DNA of 64,000 nt from Thermoanaerobaculia bacterium (GCA_963664405.1 OY761158.1:1792001-1856000); one strand, 5' to 3'; shown: positions 37,956 to 48,394, counted from the first letter of the stretch. Numbers and translations: made by a program. Notes: generated from the sequence alone by a model not told the origin.

Positions 37956-39080
37956 ATGACAGAGGTGGAAAGCTCGACAGGCTCAGACGCCCAGACCGCG
38001 ACCCGGGCGGGCTCCTTGTGTGTGGAGCCGTTCCTGCATCTCCAACCAGGGCGAATCTACAACCCTCTGACCGACCTCGCCGTCGAGCCTCTCGACCCCG
38101 GGTACACCGAGCTGCAAGCCCTCGCCCTCGGCCAAACGAGCGCCGCCGCCTTGCCTGCCGGACTGCGAACGAGTCTGATAGAGACAAAGTGGTTGGTCGA
38201 AGACGGCCCCGAGCTGGCAAGCCGCTTTCTTCTCAAGTACGTATCCCTCGAAGCCCACTCGGTCTGCAATCAAGGGTGCTATTTCTGCCCGGTCTCGATC
38301 GAGCGCAGAGAAGACCACTTCATGCCAATGGAGCTCTACGACGAAATCGCACGCCAGCTCGGGGAGCTGAGAGGGACGATCGAAGGCGTGTCGATGATCA
38401 ACTACAACGAGCCGACCGTCGACAAGCGCTTTCTCGAGCAGGTCGGGGTGCTCAAGGGGTACGGCCTCCCGCCGGCAGTGTTGACCAACGGCACCGGCCT
38501 CACTCCCAAGAGGGTAGATGCGCTCATCGAGATGGGCGGACTGGTTTACCTGTCGGTCAATCTCTCCACCTTGGACCGCGAGCGCTATGCCGCGGATCGC
38601 GAAGGCGATCACCTCGAGCTGGTGCTCTCTAATCTCGACTACATGAAAGATCTGGCCCTTGCCGAGACCATGGAAATCGTCGTTCTCGGGGTCGGCGACG
38701 AGATTCACCGCGACGACTTCACGAAGATCGCCGAACGCTTCGCCGACAGCCGTTTCGTGGTCAAGTTCTATGAGGTCATGAACCGCACGGGAAACGTTCC
38801 TTTGGGCTTGAAGCCGGAGCAGCGAGTCAAGAAGCTCCATGGCTGTGACCAGACCGGCTCCCGGCCTCTTCAGTGGCTCCACATCACTCCGCGAGGCGAG
38901 TGCGTCATCTGCTGTCAGGACTACCACGAGCACTACGTCGTTGGAGATCTGACCAAGCAGTCTCTTATGGAGGTCTTGACCGGGCCTGAGATCGCCAGAA
39001 TGCGCCGCTGGACATACGGCCTCGAAGAGGCTCCCGACGACTTCATCTGCCGCGACTGCATCTACGCTTTGACACGATGA
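37956..39080 (+). CDS. Radical SAM protein with SPASM/twitch domain
   Basis: CNQGCYFC, NEP, LTNG; C-terminal C...G.CVICCQD...VGD...CRDC. Confidence 0.9.
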   Translation: MTEVESSTGSDAQTATRAGSLCVEPFLHLQPGRIYNPLTDLAVEPLDPGYTELQALALGQTSAAALPAGLRTSLIETKWLVEDGPELASRFLLKYVSLEAHSVCNQGCYFCPVSIERREDHFMPMELYDEIARQLGELRGTIEGVSMINYNEPTVDKRFLEQVGVLKGYGLPPAVLTNGTGLTPKRVDALIEMGGLVYLSVNLSTLDRERYAADREGDHLELVLSNLDYMKDLALAETMEIVVLGVGDEIHRDDFTKIAERFADSRFVVKFYEVMNRTGNVPLGLKPEQRVKKLHGCDQTGSRPLQWLHITPRGECVICCQDYHEHYVVGDLTKQSLMEVLTGPEIARMRRWTYGLEEAPDDFICRDCIYALTR

Positions 39081-39205
39081 CATCTGGAGCCCTGGTCTCC
39101 TATCTGATCCCTGACGACAGCCGCCCCGAGCTGGGGAATCGGCCCTAGTGGCGCGATCGTTGCTCATCGGCAACACACAAAGGGGCCGATGCTACGATCC
39201 CCCCG

Positions 39206-40525
39206 ATGAGCGCCAGGCAGAGGGAGCGGGGGCTTCACGAGCTCTATCGCGAAGACTCGGAGCTGGCCGACCTCCAGATCTGGGGGCGACGACCTGATCC
39301 GCTAACCCGCCGGGGCTTTCTCAAGGGCTCGGGGATGGCGGCAATGGCGGCCGCACTCGGAGGCGAGATCGTCTTCGCGCCCTACATGCCTGCCGGGTTG
39401 TTGCCTGCGGCGCTCGCCCAGTCGCAGGAGTCACTTCGAATCTCCGGGAAGCACCCCGGGCTGACCGTGCTCAGCGATCGGCCCCTCTCCGTCGAGACGC
39501 CGGCGCATCTTCTCGACGACGAGGTGACACCCGTCGATCGGCTCTTCGTGCGCAACAACGGCGACCCACCGACGAGCACGGATCCCTCTGATTGGCGCCT
39601 ACGCATCGACGGCGAAGCGACCGAGCGCCCGATCGAGATTTCGTTGGCGGAGCTGAAGCGAGACTTTCCGATTCGCGACCTTGCTCTCCAATTGGAATGC
39701 GCTGGGAACGGCCGCAGTGAATACGACCCACCAGCGTCGGGCAATCAGTGGACCACGGGGGCCGTCGGCTGCCCGCGTTGGACCGGTGTTCGCCTCAGCG
39801 ACGTATTGCGCCGTGCCGGTGTGCTCGAAAATGCAGTCTACATCGGCTATTACGGCGCGGACCGGCATTTGAGCGGCGATCCTGAGTTGGTCCCGATCTC
39901 TCGCGGCGTGCCGATGTCAAAGGCCCTCGAAGACGAGACCCTCCTCGCCTGGGCGATCAACGGTGGGGACCTTCCCGCCCTGCACGGCGCTCCTCTCCGC
40001 CTGGTCTGCCCTGGCTGGCCAGGCTCGGCCTCGGGGAAATGGGTCCATCGGATCGCGGTTCGCGACCGGATCCACGACGGGCCCAAAATGACAGGGCAGT
40101 CCTACAGGGTTCCGTGCAATCCGGTCGCACCGGGCGAGAGCGTGGACGATGCCGACATGTGCATCGTAGAGGCCCTGCCGGTCAAATCGCTCATCACCTA
40201 CCCCAGGTCCGGAGCGGTGCACGAACTGGGTAGCGTTGCCGAGGTCCGCGGGCACGCCTGGGCCGGTGACTCGAGCGTAGAGATGCTCGACGTATCGATC
40301 GACTTCGGCCAAACCTGGAAGAGATGCGATCTCCAACCGCCGGCCAACCGCCTCTCCTGGCAGCGCTGGAGAGCCCATGTCGAGTTTCCGAGTCGTGGTT
40401 ACTACGAAGTCTGGGCTCGGGCGACCGACAAGGCGGGTCGTACTCAGCCGATGCTGGTGCCGGGTTGGAATCCGAGGGGCTACCTGAACAACGCGTGCCA
40501 CCGAATCGCAACCAGAGTCGTTTGA
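39206..40525 (+). CDS. Sulfite oxidase family molybdoenzyme (SorA/SoxC-like), Tat exported
   Basis: TRRGFLK, FVRN, LECAGNGR, HGAPLRLV.PGW.GS.SGKW, WNP.GY.NN. Confidence 0.92.
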   Translation: MSARQRERGLHELYREDSELADLQIWGRRPDPLTRRGFLKGSGMAAMAAALGGEIVFAPYMPAGLLPAALAQSQESLRISGKHPGLTVLSDRPLSVETPAHLLDDEVTPVDRLFVRNNGDPPTSTDPSDWRLRIDGEATERPIEISLAELKRDFPIRDLALQLECAGNGRSEYDPPASGNQWTTGAVGCPRWTGVRLSDVLRRAGVLENAVYIGYYGADRHLSGDPELVPISRGVPMSKALEDETLLAWAINGGDLPALHGAPLRLVCPGWPGSASGKWVHRIAVRDRIHDGPKMTGQSYRVPCNPVAPGESVDDADMCIVEALPVKSLITYPRSGAVHELGSVAEVRGHAWAGDSSVEMLDVSIDFGQTWKRCDLQPPANRLSWQRWRAHVEFPSRGYYEVWARATDKAGRTQPMLVPGWNPRGYLNNACHRIATRVV

Positions 40526-40908
40526 TGTGTGGAACGAGCGGCCTCTTCAGAATCGCACTGATAGCTGTTCCCGCCCTGGCTGCGGCGACCGCCTTGGCGC
40601 AAAGCGAAAGCACACCGAGGATCGACCGCAGCAGCGGTCTCGCCATCGCGCCCGGCTGGGAGCTGGTCAACGAACGCTGCACAGCATGCCATTCGACGGC
40701 CCTCATCAGGCAGACGCGGGGCGGTCGAGAGGACTGGCTCGGCCTCATCCGCTGGATGCAAGAGACGCAGGAGCTGGAGACTTTCGAAAAGGAAGTCGAG
40801 GACAGGATCCTCGCCTATCTCTCCGCGAGTTACGGTCTCGACGGTCGAAGGGGCCGTCGTCCCCCGCTGGCGCCGCATCTGATGCCCCCGGTCCATACCC
40901 GCCCCTGA
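40525..40908 (+). CDS. SorB-like c-type cytochrome
   Basis: TGATG overlap; signal peptide; CTACH, W...IRWMQETQ, IL.YL...YG, RRPPL. Confidence 0.88.
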   Translation: MCGTSGLFRIALIAVPALAAATALAQSESTPRIDRSSGLAIAPGWELVNERCTACHSTALIRQTRGGREDWLGLIRWMQETQELETFEKEVEDRILAYLSASYGLDGRRGRRPPLAPHLMPPVHTRP

Positions 40909-40949
40909 GAACGCGGCCCATTCGAGCTAGTGTCCTGTTAGGAGCCGAA

Positions 40950-43334
40950 ATGGGCAGAGAAGATCCAGACCCCACCCGCCAGCGTGCCGCCGACGAAGAT
41001 TTCGGAGGCCCGGTTCGCTACGGACTGATCGCTTTTCTGGTCGCACTCGCGCTTCTCAACGCCCAGGTCACGGTCACCCGTCTTCTCGCCTATCGCTTCT
41101 TCTACCACTTCGTCTTCTTCGTCATTTCACTATCGCAGCTGGGCCTCGCCGCCGCCGGCGCATGGGTTTACGCGTCGCGGCGACTGCCGCGAATGAATCT
41201 CGACCTCTTGCGCTGGCTTCTTCTCCTCGCTGCTTCTCCACTTCTGGTTCTTGCCGCATATAGCTGGCTCGGCCCACGCCCGAATCTCTCCTTCGGCAAG
41301 CTCGACGGCCCCACGGCCTACGGCTACCTGAGCCTTCTCTCGATCCTCCTCGTCGTCCTCAACTTCGCCGGCGGCATGGTGCTCACCACGCTCTTTACCG
41401 GCTTCAAGGAGCACATCGGGCGGCTTTACGCAGCCGACCTCGTGGGCGCCTCACTCGGGTGCCTGGCCTCGGTCGGCTTGATGATGTACGCCGGCCCCAT
41501 CCGCGCGTTCTTGATGTCGGGAGTCGCGGCCCTCCTGGCGGCCCTGGGGCTCCTCATTCTCCTCGAGGGGAAGGGTCGAAGGCCCAGCCAGAATCTCACT
41601 CAGCCTCGACTCGTATCGGCCTGGGTCTTTCTCATGCTCTTCCTCTGCCTGGGTCTCGCCTTTCCCGGCCTTTTCGACCCCAATCTGCGCTTCCCCGATA
41701 GAGCGGGCCGTCTTACCCGCTCGGCCTGGACTCATATAGCAAGAACCGATGCCACGGGACCCGCGAGCTACGTGATCGACGGCGACGCCTACACCGATGT
41801 GTACAGCGGTCTTCCCCAAGGCGGTGTCGATCCACCATCGCCGAGCTACGAGCTCGTGAGCCCAGGACCCGACGTTGCAATCATCGGCGTCGGAGCCGGA
41901 CCCCAGCTCGTCGTAGCTCTGGAGCGGGGTGCCACCTCGGTCCTCGCGGTCGACATCAACCCCACCATCATCGCGTGGTCCAAAGACGAAGACCGCCAGT
42001 TCAATCAGGACATATTCAACCGCCCCGAAGTAACGGTCCAGGTCGCGGAGGGACGACACGCGCTGCGGTCGAGCGAGAAGGATTTCGATCTCATCGTCAT
42101 GCACGCAATCGATACCTGGACGGCGTCATCGCAGGGCGCCTACAGCCTCACCGAGAACTTTCTCTATACCAGTGAGGCGATGCGAGACCTACTCTCGAAG
42201 CTGAGACCGGGAGGAGTCGTTTCGATTCGCCGCTGGCTCTTCTGGCCGCCCCGCGAGAGTCTGCGCCTCTTCACCACCATCAACGATGCGCTCGAGCGCG
42301 AGGGTTTCGAGGAGCCCGAGCGCCACCTCATCGCGGTCTCGCCGGAACAGCAGTTTCGCGACCCGGAGCTGAAAGTCTGGGGCTTTGTATTCTTCTCCAA
42401 CCAGCCATTCGGAGAGGAGCAGCTGGCGCGGCTCGACCGCTATGTCGAGAGTCGCCATTGGAGCTATCTCTACCGCCCCGGCGAGTCGATTTCGACCCCC
42501 TTCACCGAATTCTTGAATGCACATGATCGCCAAGCCTTCTATGACCCTTACCCCTACATCGTCACCCCGGCAAGCGATGCCAACCCCTTCTTCTTCCAAA
42601 TCGCCTCGCCTTGGTCGGACTGGGGATCGGGAGAGACTCAAAAGCTCTCGGGTGTGATTTACCGACAGAGCTCCTCGCTTCTTGTTCTCTGCCTCGTGCT
42701 CGCCGTCGTTCTCACCGTCGCCCTTCTCGGAGTTCCCCTCTTCCTTCGGCGCGGGGACCTCTCCGGCGACCGACAGCTCGGCACATCCGTCGTCTATTTC
42801 GGCTGCCTCGGATTTGGTTTCATGGCCATCGAGCTACCCGTGATTCAAGTCATGACGCTCTTTCTGGGCCACCCGACCTATGCGCTCAGCGTGGTCCTCC
42901 TCGGCCTGCTCGCGGCAGCCGGCGCCGGGAGCAGTCTGATGGGAAAGCTGCCGACGGCTGCAGGGCGGATCGCCATCGCGGTGGTCATCGTTCTCGCCAT
43001 CGGCTCCGGGCTGACCCTGTTGCCGGCGGTGCACGCCCTCATTCATCTACCAGACCCGATCCGCTTCGGACTGACCTTGGTTTACGTGGTCGCCATCGGG
43101 GTTCCTCTCGGCATGCCCTTTGTCGCCGGCGTGCGTCTCCTCGATGCGGCGCGGCCGCATCAGGTTGCCTGGGCCTGGGCTGTGAACGGCGCGACGGCGG
43201 TTGTCGGTTCTTGCTTGCTGATGATCCTGATGGTCTTTTCAGGCAGCGGCGCCAGTTTCGCTTTGGCGGCAGTCGCTTACGGCATCGCCTTTTTGGCACG
43301 ACCTCGCCTCGCCCTCAAAGAGGCCTCTCGATAG
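40950..43334 (+). CDS. Spermidine-synthase-like membrane protein (TM + SAM-binding domain + TM)
   Basis: GRLYAADL.GA, IIG.GAG, VDINP, EGR, LTENFLYT.EA, D.NPFF, AWAWAVNG. Confidence 0.85.
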   Translation: MGREDPDPTRQRAADEDFGGPVRYGLIAFLVALALLNAQVTVTRLLAYRFFYHFVFFVISLSQLGLAAAGAWVYASRRLPRMNLDLLRWLLLLAASPLLVLAAYSWLGPRPNLSFGKLDGPTAYGYLSLLSILLVVLNFAGGMVLTTLFTGFKEHIGRLYAADLVGASLGCLASVGLMMYAGPIRAFLMSGVAALLAALGLLILLEGKGRRPSQNLTQPRLVSAWVFLMLFLCLGLAFPGLFDPNLRFPDRAGRLTRSAWTHIARTDATGPASYVIDGDAYTDVYSGLPQGGVDPPSPSYELVSPGPDVAIIGVGAGPQLVVALERGATSVLAVDINPTIIAWSKDEDRQFNQDIFNRPEVTVQVAEGRHALRSSEKDFDLIVMHAIDTWTASSQGAYSLTENFLYTSEAMRDLLSKLRPGGVVSIRRWLFWPPRESLRLFTTINDALEREGFEEPERHLIAVSPEQQFRDPELKVWGFVFFSNQPFGEEQLARLDRYVESRHWSYLYRPGESISTPFTEFLNAHDRQAFYDPYPYIVTPASDANPFFFQIASPWSDWGSGETQKLSGVIYRQSSSLLVLCLVLAVVLTVALLGVPLFLRRGDLSGDRQLGTSVVYFGCLGFGFMAIELPVIQVMTLFLGHPTYALSVVLLGLLAAAGAGSSLMGKLPTAAGRIAIAVVIVLAIGSGLTLLPAVHALIHLPDPIRFGLTLVYVVAIGVPLGMPFVAGVRLLDAARPHQVAWAWAVNGATAVVGSCLLMILMVFSGSGASFALAAVAYGIAFLARPRLALKEASR

Positions 43335-43362
43335 TATCTACGCGACCCATAGGAAGCTACGA

Positions 43363-43558
43363 ATGCGCCATGGACTCATCCTCTCACCGCACCCTCGATC
43401 CAGGGTCAGGTCGCTGCCGCCGGCCGTGCCGAGGCGCGTGGTTTTCACTCGGTCTGGGTCACCGAGTCCACCCGCTCCTCTACTCACCCAGTGCGGGAAT
43501 GAGCCCCGAGCGCATCGAAGAGAATGTGAACGCCATCATCGACACAGTAGGACAATAG
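43363..43558 (+). pseudogene. Frameshifted, internally deleted LLM-class oxidoreductase remnant
   Basis: RBS and MRHGLIL, then in another frame AAAGRAEARGFHSVWVTE, then in a third frame a C-terminal tail ERIEENVNAIIDTVGQ*. Confidence 0.65.
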
Positions 43559-43570
43559 GAGAGATCCGAG

Positions 43571-44335
43571 ATGTTGCGACTACGACAAATATGCCTGGTA
43601 GCCCAGGAGCTACGCCCGGTCCTCGACGAGCTAACGGGCGTTTTCGATATCGAAGTCTGCTATGTCGACCCGGGGGTCGGGCACTTCGGCCTCGAGAACT
43701 CGCTGATGCCGATCGGCAATGAGCTCCTCGAGGTGGTTGCACCGATCCAGGAGAACACCGCCGGCGGCCGCTATCTGGAGAGGCGTGGTGGTGACGGTGG
43801 CTACATGGTCATCACCCAGTGCGACGATCACGAGCATCGCCGGCAGCGGGCCACCGAGCTCGGTATTCGCATTGCCCACCAGGGCGAGCACGGCGGCTTC
43901 CACAACATGCAGCTCCACCCTAAAGACACCGGCGGCAGCTTCTTCGAGATCGACGGGCAAGACGACGGAGAGGCCCCCGATGGCCCTTGGACACCCGCCG
44001 GCCCGAACTGGCAGAGGTCCAAGCGCACCGATGTGGTGAGTGCCATTCTCGCCGCCGAGATCCAGAGCCCGGATCCCCAATCCCTGGCTCAGCGCTGGAG
44101 CGAGATTGCCGAGCGTCCGCTCACACGAGGAGCGGGAGGCGCGCCGGAGCTGCCTCTCGACAACGCAGTCGTCCGTTTCGTGCCTTGCACCGACGGCCGG
44201 CCGGAGGGCCTCGGCGGTCTCGACCTCCAGGCTGTCGACCCGGGGCGAGCGCTCGATGAAGCGGATCGGCGCGACAAGCGCATTTCGGACGACACAGTCT
44301 TGATCTGCGGCACCCGCTTCCGATTGGTGAGCTGA
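43571..44335 (+). CDS. VOC/glyoxalase-like protein
   Basis: MLRLRQICLVA, DPGV..FGLEN, AGRYL.RRGGDGGYMVI.Q, QLHPKD.GG. Confidence 0.85.
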   Translation: MLRLRQICLVAQELRPVLDELTGVFDIEVCYVDPGVGHFGLENSLMPIGNELLEVVAPIQENTAGGRYLERRGGDGGYMVITQCDDHEHRRQRATELGIRIAHQGEHGGFHNMQLHPKDTGGSFFEIDGQDDGEAPDGPWTPAGPNWQRSKRTDVVSAILAAEIQSPDPQSLAQRWSEIAERPLTRGAGGAPELPLDNAVVRFVPCTDGRPEGLGGLDLQAVDPGRALDEADRRDKRISDDTVLICGTRFRLVS

Positions 44336-44336
44336 G

Positions 44337-47015
44337 TTACGCGGTAGGAGCCGGCGTCTCGAGAGCGGCATGCGCCGCCGCCAGACGCGCCACCGGGACG
44401 CGGAAGGGCGAGCAGCTGACGTAATCCAATCCCTGGCGATGGAAGAAATGGATCGAGCGCGGGTCGCCGCCGTGCTCTCCGCAAATGCCCATGACCAAGC
44501 CTGGGCGGGCCTCTCGGCCGCGCTGGACACCCAGCGTTACCAGCTGCCCGACACCCCCTTCGTCAATCGTGGCAAATGGGTCGGCGTCTAGGAGTCCCCG
44601 CTCTACATACTCGGGAAGGAAGCGACCGGCGTCGTCTCGCGATAGCCCCATCGCCGTCTGGGTGAGGTCGTTGGTGCCCCAGCTGAAGAAGTCCGCGTGC
44701 TCGGCGATCTCGGCCGCCTGAAGTGCCGCGCGAGGGAGCTCGATCATGGTTCCGATATGCAGAGGCACCGACTGCCCTCGCTCGCGTAAGACTTCGCCCG
44801 CCGTCGCCACGATCCTCTCCCGAATGTGAGAAAGCTCCTCTGCATTCATCACCAACGGAACCATCACCTCGGGCTGGACCTCGCCTCCCTCCTCGATGAC
44901 ATCACAAGCCGCGTTGTAGAGAGCGCGCACCTGGGTCTCGTAGATCTCGGGATACAGAAGTCCCAATCTACACCCTCGCAAGCCAAGCATCGGGTTCTGC
45001 TCCCGCAACCCTTCGGTCTTGCGACGCACTTCCGCCACCTTCAGACCCAGATCGTCGGCAATCGCCTCGATCTCGCTCAGCTCCACCGGCAGAAACTCGT
45101 GCAGGGGCGGATCGAGAAGGCGAACGGTCATCGGCCGACCCGCCATCGTCCGCAACAGATCGGCAAAGTCCTTGCGCTGCACTGGCTCGATTTTGTTCAA
45201 GGCACTGCGCCGTTGCGCTGCGGTGTCCGCCAGAATCATCTCTCGCACCGAAAGAATGCGGTGAGGGTCGAAGAACATATGCTCGGTCCTGCACAGGCCG
45301 ATGCCCTCGGCGCCGAGCTCCACCGCCCGAGCCGCATCCACGGCAGTCTCCGCATTCGCTCGCACACCCAGGCTGCGAATCTCGTCTGCCCAGCCAAGCA
45401 AGGTGCCGAAGTCAGCACCGACTTCGGCCTCGATAGTGGGCACGGCTCCCAGCAGGACCTCGCCACTCGCTCCATCGACCGTCACCACCGAGCCCGCCTT
45501 CAAGACCCTGACCTCTTCCCCCCCTTCTACTCGCACCTCCCCTGCATCTTCATCGATTACCAGGTTTCCACAGCCCACCACGCAGGTTCGACCCATGCCT
45601 CGAGCGACGACGGCAGCGTGCGAGGTCATCCCGCCGGTTCGAGTAAGAATCGCCCGCGCCGCGTGCATGCCATGAATGTCTTCGGGGCTGGTCTCGCTGC
45701 GAACGAGGACCACCGACTCCCCCGCCTTCCCCAGACGCTCAGCCTCGGCGGAGTTGAATACGATGCGGCCGCTGGCCGCCCCAGGTGACGCGGGCAGCCC
45801 GCGGGCGATCAGATCCCTCGGCGCGTGTGGATCGATCTGAGGATGAAGAAGCTGATCCAACTGCTCGGGCGCCACTCGCCGCACCGCAGTCGCACGATCG
45901 ATCATCCCCTCCTCGGTCATCTCGACGGCGGCGCGAAGGGCCGCACTGGCAGTGCGCTTTCCACTCCTCGTTTGCAGCACCCACAGCTTGCCCTCTTCGA
46001 CAGTGAACTCGACATCCTGGATATCGCGGAAGTGACGCTCCAATCCGACCAGCAGCTCGTCCAACTCGCGATAGATCTCGGGCAACGCTTCTTCGAGCGA
46101 GGGTGGCGAGTCCGGCGACGATGCCGACCCTCGCAACGGTCCCGGTGTCCGGATGCCCGCCACCACGTCTTCGCCTTGAGCGTTCGCCAGCCATTCCCCC
46201 ATCGGCTCGCGCTCGCCGGTCGCCGGGTTGCGGCTGAAGGCGACACCGGTGGCGGAGCTCGGGCCCAGGTTGCCGAAGACCATCGCCTGCACATTCACCG
46301 CCGTTCCCCAAGAGTCCGGAATACCGTTGAGCATCCGGTAGGTGCGAGCCCGCTTGCCATACCAACTGAGAAAGACAGCGGCCAGAGCCTCGCGCAACTG
46401 CCGACGAGGATCGTGCGGAAAGGGCTTGCCGACACCGTTCTCGTAGATCGCCTGCAACTCGCCGATTATGATCTCGAGATCGCGCTCGTCGAGCTGGTGG
46501 TCGAAGCCAACGCCTCGCCTCTCTTTGCGCCGCCGCAGCGGCTCTTCGAGATCTTCCCTCGGCAGCCCATTGACCACATCCCCGAACATCTGTAACAGCC
46601 GGCGATAGGAATCGAGCGCGAAGCGACGGTCGCCGGTTCTCGACGCCAATCCCTCGACAGTATCGGCGTTGAGCCCGAGGTTGAGGACCGTGTCCATCAT
46701 TCCCGGCATCGACTCGCGAGCGCCGGAGCGCACCGAGACCAGCAGAGGGCGACCCGGATCACCGAAGCGAGGGCCTGCCAGCGAGGCCTCGATGTGGGCG
46801 ATGCCATCCTCGATCCCTTGAAGCACGTCCGGGCTCAGCACCGAGCCGGCCTCGAAGAACTCCCTGCACAGATTTGTCGGCAGGGTGAAGCCGGGCGGCA
46901 CCGGTAGCCCGAGGCGGCACATTTCCGCGAGATTGGCACCCTTGCCGCCAAGGAGCTCTCGCATCTGCTGGTCTCCGGCCGCTTGGCCCTGAGCGAAGGG
47001 ATACCAACTAGGCAT
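44337..47015 (-). CDS. ppdK: Pyruvate, phosphate dikinase
   Basis: LLGGKGANLAEM, SVRSGAR.SMPGMMDT, GGMTSHAAVVARG, GIGLCRTEHMF, GICGEHGG. Confidence 0.97.
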   Translation of the reverse strand: MPSWYPFAQGQAAGDQQMRELLGGKGANLAEMCRLGLPVPPGFTLPTNLCREFFEAGSVLSPDVLQGIEDGIAHIEASLAGPRFGDPGRPLLVSVRSGARESMPGMMDTVLNLGLNADTVEGLASRTGDRRFALDSYRRLLQMFGDVVNGLPREDLEEPLRRRKERRGVGFDHQLDERDLEIIIGELQAIYENGVGKPFPHDPRRQLREALAAVFLSWYGKRARTYRMLNGIPDSWGTAVNVQAMVFGNLGPSSATGVAFSRNPATGEREPMGEWLANAQGEDVVAGIRTPGPLRGSASSPDSPPSLEEALPEIYRELDELLVGLERHFRDIQDVEFTVEEGKLWVLQTRSGKRTASAALRAAVEMTEEGMIDRATAVRRVAPEQLDQLLHPQIDPHAPRDLIARGLPASPGAASGRIVFNSAEAERLGKAGESVVLVRSETSPEDIHGMHAARAILTRTGGMTSHAAVVARGMGRTCVVGCGNLVIDEDAGEVRVEGGEEVRVLKAGSVVTVDGASGEVLLGAVPTIEAEVGADFGTLLGWADEIRSLGVRANAETAVDAARAVELGAEGIGLCRTEHMFFDPHRILSVREMILADTAAQRRSALNKIEPVQRKDFADLLRTMAGRPMTVRLLDPPLHEFLPVELSEIEAIADDLGLKVAEVRRKTEGLREQNPMLGLRGCRLGLLYPEIYETQVRALYNAACDVIEEGGEVQPEVMVPLVMNAEELSHIRERIVATAGEVLRERGQSVPLHIGTMIELPRAALQAAEIAEHADFFSWGTNDLTQTAMGLSRDDAGRFLPEYVERGLLDADPFATIDEGGVGQLVTLGVQRGREARPGLVMGICGEHGGDPRSIHFFHRQGLDYVSCSPFRVPVARLAAAHAALETPAPTA

Positions 47016-47127
47016 GGCTGAAGGTCCGAGAACTGTGCATGAGTGAACGGCGGCTATATTAGCGCGGGGGAGATCCGAGTCGAGCACGCGATGAGCGATG
47101 CGCCTCCGCCTTTGCTATGTTGGCGCG

Positions 47128-48387
47128 ATGATCCGCTTTCGGTGCTTCGTCAGACATGGAGCTGAGCTACTCCTGCTCCGACGCCCCGGGGGAAGCTGGG
47201 GCGTTCCCAGCGGTGCCGGCGAGGAGCCTATTGGTGACGAGGAGCCAAGAGAGCTCCTGAGGCGGCTCGGATTGAACGGAGCGCACCTCAACACCGGCGG
47301 AGATCCTCACCAGATCACCAACGGCGCCGGTAGGCGCTACCAGGCCTTCCTCTACGACGCGCCAAAAAGAGAGCTCGAGGAACGAGAGGGATCTCTCGAG
47401 GCAAGATGGCTGGCGGCACCGGAGCTTCTCCTCCTTCGCGACTCTGTCTCCGACCTCTGGGACTCGTATCGCACCGTTTCCCCGAGCCTCAGCCAGGTGC
47501 GAACGGATCGCGACCACGGTTCTTCGTGGATCTCGCTCCGCGCCCTGGAGGTCCTGCGCGACGAGGCGGTCGATCTCGGGCGTGCCGGCGCCGAGCCCGA
47601 GGACGCCGAGAAAAAACTCGTCGGACTTGCTGAAGATCTCCGCAATACCCACCCCTCGATGAGTGCGGTCTCCAATCGACTCCACCGAGCCTTTGCCACG
47701 GCTCGCGAGAGAACGGGCCAGAACAATTTCGCGATCGACCTGGCAGCCGCTGCCCAAGCGACACTCTCCGAAGTCATGGACCACGAGCTTGCCGCCGCCA
47801 GAGAAGCCGCTTCCCTGGTTCGGGGGAGATCGGTGCTCACCCTCTCTCGCTCAGAGAGCGTCAGCCAGGCGCTCCTTCTCGGCTCTCCGGCGTCGCGAGT
47901 CTTCGTCGCCGAGTCGAGGCCGGGGGGCGAAGGAGAAGTCGTGGCTCGCGAGCTGGCAAGAAGAGGGCTCGACACCACGCTCGTCGCGGACGCGGCGATG
48001 GGTAGAGTCCTCGCCGACGGTCGAGTCGACCTGGTGTTGGTGGGGGCCGATGCCATCCTCGCTGACGGCACGGTCGCCAACAAATGCGGCACTCGGCTTG
48101 CCGCCCTCGCCGCCAAGAGCCTTGCGGTGCCCGTCTACGTGGTCGCCGCGAGCGACAAGATCTCGCCGAGTCTGAGCATCGACCTCGAAGGAGATCGGTG
48201 CGACGGCGGCAAGGAGAGCTGGAGCAGCGGGCCACGCTCTTTTCGTCCTCTATTCGAGCTCACTCCCGCTGAGTTGATCTCGAAGATCGTCACCGAGGAG
48301 GGGCCCGTGGAGCCTTCGGATCTGGCACCCCTCTGCGCCGAGGCGGAACGACTCGAGCGACTGTCGGGACTGAGCACGCTACGATAG
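47128..48387 (+). CDS. Degenerate NUDIX-like plus eIF-2B alpha-like (sugar-phosphate isomerase family) fusion
   Basis: N-terminal LLLRR...WG; D..HGSS.IS.RALEVLRD, PSM, TLSRS, VAESRPG.EG, LVGAD, NK.GT, FELTP. Start uncertain. Confidence 0.8.
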   Translation: MIRFRCFVRHGAELLLLRRPGGSWGVPSGAGEEPIGDEEPRELLRRLGLNGAHLNTGGDPHQITNGAGRRYQAFLYDAPKRELEEREGSLEARWLAAPELLLLRDSVSDLWDSYRTVSPSLSQVRTDRDHGSSWISLRALEVLRDEAVDLGRAGAEPEDAEKKLVGLAEDLRNTHPSMSAVSNRLHRAFATARERTGQNNFAIDLAAAAQATLSEVMDHELAAAREAASLVRGRSVLTLSRSESVSQALLLGSPASRVFVAESRPGGEGEVVARELARRGLDTTLVADAAMGRVLADGRVDLVLVGADAILADGTVANKCGTRLAALAAKSLAVPVYVVAASDKISPSLSIDLEGDRCDGGKESWSSGPRSFRPLFELTPAELISKIVTEEGPVEPSDLAPLCAEAERLERLSGLSTLR

Positions 48388-48394
48388 CCAGGCA

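Noticed and set aside
39206-40908. SorAB-like pair as a novel or Sec-containing system
   Set aside because: A well-known family; the Mo ligand is an ordinary Cys (TGC).
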